26,320 bases of DNA, taken from contig CALAHL010000536.1 of the NCBI GenBank assembly GCA_937891725.1, positions 1 through 26,320 on the forward strand, given 5' to 3'. Below, in pieces: positions 24,579-26,320 of the stretch (position 1 is its first letter; the number at the start of each line of letters is the position of its first letter). Under the pieces are notes generated by a model. That model did no database searches. It saw only the letters and a program-made list of their open reading frames with translations, and was not told the origin of the DNA. The position numbers and the translations under genes are program-made. The DNA is from an uncultured Rhodospirillaceae bacterium (lineage in GTDB: Bacteria > Pseudomonadota > Alphaproteobacteria > Thalassobaculales > Thalassobaculaceae).

Positions 24579-25838
24579 ATGAATCTTCAAGAACTCAAAG
24601 CCAAAACACCCGCCGATCTCCTCGCGTTTGCCGAAGAGCTCGAAATCGAAAACGCGAGCACGCTGCGCAAGCAGGACATGATGTTCGCGATCCTGAAGCA
24701 ATTGGCAGACAACGATGTCGCCATCTTCGGGCAAGGCGTTCTGGAGACCCTGCCCGACGGGTTCGGCTTCCTCCGCTCGCCGGAATCCAACTACCTGCCG
24801 GGGCCCGACGACATCTACGTTTCTCCCAGCCAGGTGCGCCGCTTCGGTCTGCGCACCGGCGACACGGTCGAGGGCGAGATCCGGTCTCCGAAGGATGGCG
24901 AGCGCTATTTCGCGCTGCTCAAGGTCAACCAGATCAATTTCGAGGATCCGGACGCGGTCCGTCACCGGATCAACTTCGACAACCTGACCCCGCTCTATCC
25001 GGACGAGAAGCTCAGCCTGGAGCTGCCGTTCAAGCCGGAAAACAAGGAATACACCACAAGGGTGATCGACCTGATCTCGCCGCTCGGCAAGGGCCAGCGC
25101 GGACTGATCGTCGCCCCGCCGCGCACCGGCAAGACGGTGATGCTGCAGAACATCGCCCACGCGATTTCCGAGATGCATCCCGAGGTCTACCTGATCGTGC
25201 TGCTGATCGACGAGCGGCCCGAGGAAGTGACTGACATGGACCGCTCGGTGAAGGGCGAGGTGATCTCCTCGACCTTCGACGAGCCGGCCTCGCGCCACGT
25301 CCAGGTCACCGAGATGGTGATCGAGAAGGCCAAGCGGCTGGTCGAGCACAAGCGCGATGTGGTGATCCTGCTGGATTCCATCACCCGTCTGGCCCGCGCC
25401 TACAACACCGTGGTGCCGTCCTCGGGCAAGGTGCTGACCGGCGGTGTCGACGCCAACGCTCTGCAGCGCCCGAAGCGGTTCTTCGGTGCCGCCCGGAACA
25501 TCGAGGAAGGCGGCTCGCTGACGATCATCGCGACCGCCCTGATCGACACCGGCTCGCGCATGGACGAGGTGATCTTCGAAGAGTTCAAGGGCACCGGCAA
25601 CTCCGAGCTGATCCTCGACCGCAAGCTGGCCGACAAGCGCACCTTCCCTGCCATCGACATCACCAAGTCGGGCACCCGGAAGGAAGAGCTGCTGGTCGAC
25701 AAGCCGACCCTGTCCAAGATGTGGGTCCTGCGCCGCATCCTGATGCAGATGGGCACCGTCGACAGCATGGAATTCCTGGTCGACAAGCTGAAGCATTCCA
25801 AGAGCAACGCGGACTTCTTCGACGCGATGAACTCCTGA
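24579..25838 (+). CDS. rho: Transcription termination factor Rho
   Basis: [75 protein letters not shown]. 419 aa from ATG 24579. Confidence 0.98.
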   Translation: MNLQELKAKTPADLLAFAEELEIENASTLRKQDMMFAILKQLADNDVAIFGQGVLETLPDGFGFLRSPESNYLPGPDDIYVSPSQVRRFGLRTGDTVEGEIRSPKDGERYFALLKVNQINFEDPDAVRHRINFDNLTPLYPDEKLSLELPFKPENKEYTTRVIDLISPLGKGQRGLIVAPPRTGKTVMLQNIAHAISEMHPEVYLIVLLIDERPEEVTDMDRSVKGEVISSTFDEPASRHVQVTEMVIEKAKRLVEHKRDVVILLDSITRLARAYNTVVPSSGKVLTGGVDANALQRPKRFFGAARNIEEGGSLTIIATALIDTGSRMDEVIFEEFKGTGNSELILDRKLADKRTFPAIDITKSGTRKEELLVDKPTLSKMWVLRRILMQMGTVDSMEFLVDKLKHSKSNADFFDAMNS

Positions 25839-25905
25839 GGGCTCGTGTGAGAGACCGGAGGGCGCCCGCCGCGCTCCCGACTCTCCACGGTTCTCCATAC
25901 GTTTC

Positions 25906-25979
25906 ATCGCCCTGAGCCTGTCGAAGGGCGGCGGCGAGGCGTTGGGGATAGGCGCTTCGACAGGCTCAGGGCGATAAAT
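25906..25979. repeat. REP-like element B: two inverted stem-loop units, same family as element A
   Basis: atcgccctgagcctgtcgaag (25906-25926) and cttcgacaggctcagggcgat (25955-25975) form a perfect 21-bp inverted repeat between convergent rho and the YjbR-like gene. Confidence 0.88.
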
Positions 25980-26027
25980 TTGTTGTTTTGAACTCGAGGC
26001 TGAAGGCGATAAACGCCGTTGCCCGTC

Positions 26028-26320
26028 CTACCCCTCCAACCCCAGTTCCCGCCGGACTTTCCTGCTCAGGCCCGCCGCGACGATGCGGTGGCTCACGGCC
26101 AGGTAGTCGCGCAGGGCCGCGTCGTCCAGACCGGGCTCGGAATGGTGCTGGACCCAGGTGAAGCCGCGGGAGGCCAGATAGGGGGCCGGGCGCAGGCCGG
26201 GCTGCTCGGTCAGGATCTCGAAGGACAGGGGCGAGACCTTGAAGGTGATGCCCAGCACGGCGCCGCCCGCGTTCCAGCCGCCGATCGCGAACACTTTGGC
26301 CCCCTTGGATCCCCCGACCT
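26028..26320 (-). CDS. MmcQ/YjbR family DNA-binding protein, 5'-truncated by window edge
   Basis: VGG..KVFAI, ITFKV, RPAPYLASRG..WV, LRDYLAVSHRIVAAGLSRKVR. The frame is open to the window end. Confidence 0.85.
   Translation of the reverse strand, partial: VGGSKGAKVFAIGGWNAGGAVLGITFKVSPLSFEILTEQPGLRPAPYLASRGFTWVQHHSEPGLDDAALRDYLAVSHRIVAAGLSRKVRRELGLEG

Noticed and set aside
1-26320. CRISPR array, IS/transposase, integrase, rRNA or tRNA genes, defence-system genes
   Set aside because: No regularly spaced repeat-spacer array, catalytic motifs or RNA gene structures were seen. The GAGCCTGTCGA repeats are inverted pairs, not CRISPR repeats.

Overview
GC-rich alphaproteobacterial chromosome segment (gene content and order resemble Rhodospirillales-type genomes; inference) spanning the replication origin. 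A predicted oriC (~22509-22917) lies between divergent ppsR and hemE. To its right: hemE-hemJ-rho and a partial MmcQ/YjbR gene. To its left: ppsR-maf-coaE-dnaQ, secB, a histidine phosphatase, fxsA, Tim44-like, mltA, an orphan membrane protein, qor, a dienelactone hydrolase and ogt. A 14-gene minus-strand run follows: mnmE-mnmG-rsmG-parA-parB-ytoQ-hisB-hisH-GNAT-hisA-hisF-hisE, a DUF2946-like peptide and a DUF1775/PCuAC copper-chaperone fusion. A partial low-GC ORF sits at the left edge. Four perfect parS palindromes and one degenerate copy lie at 9.3-15.2 kb, two of them inside coding regions. Best leads: (1) a CruR-like candidate copper-sensing ribosome-arrest leader (CxxC + RAPP) in front of a two-domain copper chaperone; (2) a REP-like hairpin repeat family with a perfect 28-bp inverted copy pair at the two places where the canonical rho-mnmE adjacency is broken, suggesting a repeat-mediated origin-spanning inversion; (3) ParB with a 66-aa acidic tail and an unexplained 12-bp inverted repeat between parA and parB. 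No tRNA, rRNA, CRISPR array or transposase was seen. All family assignments come from motif recognition by eye, not database searches.
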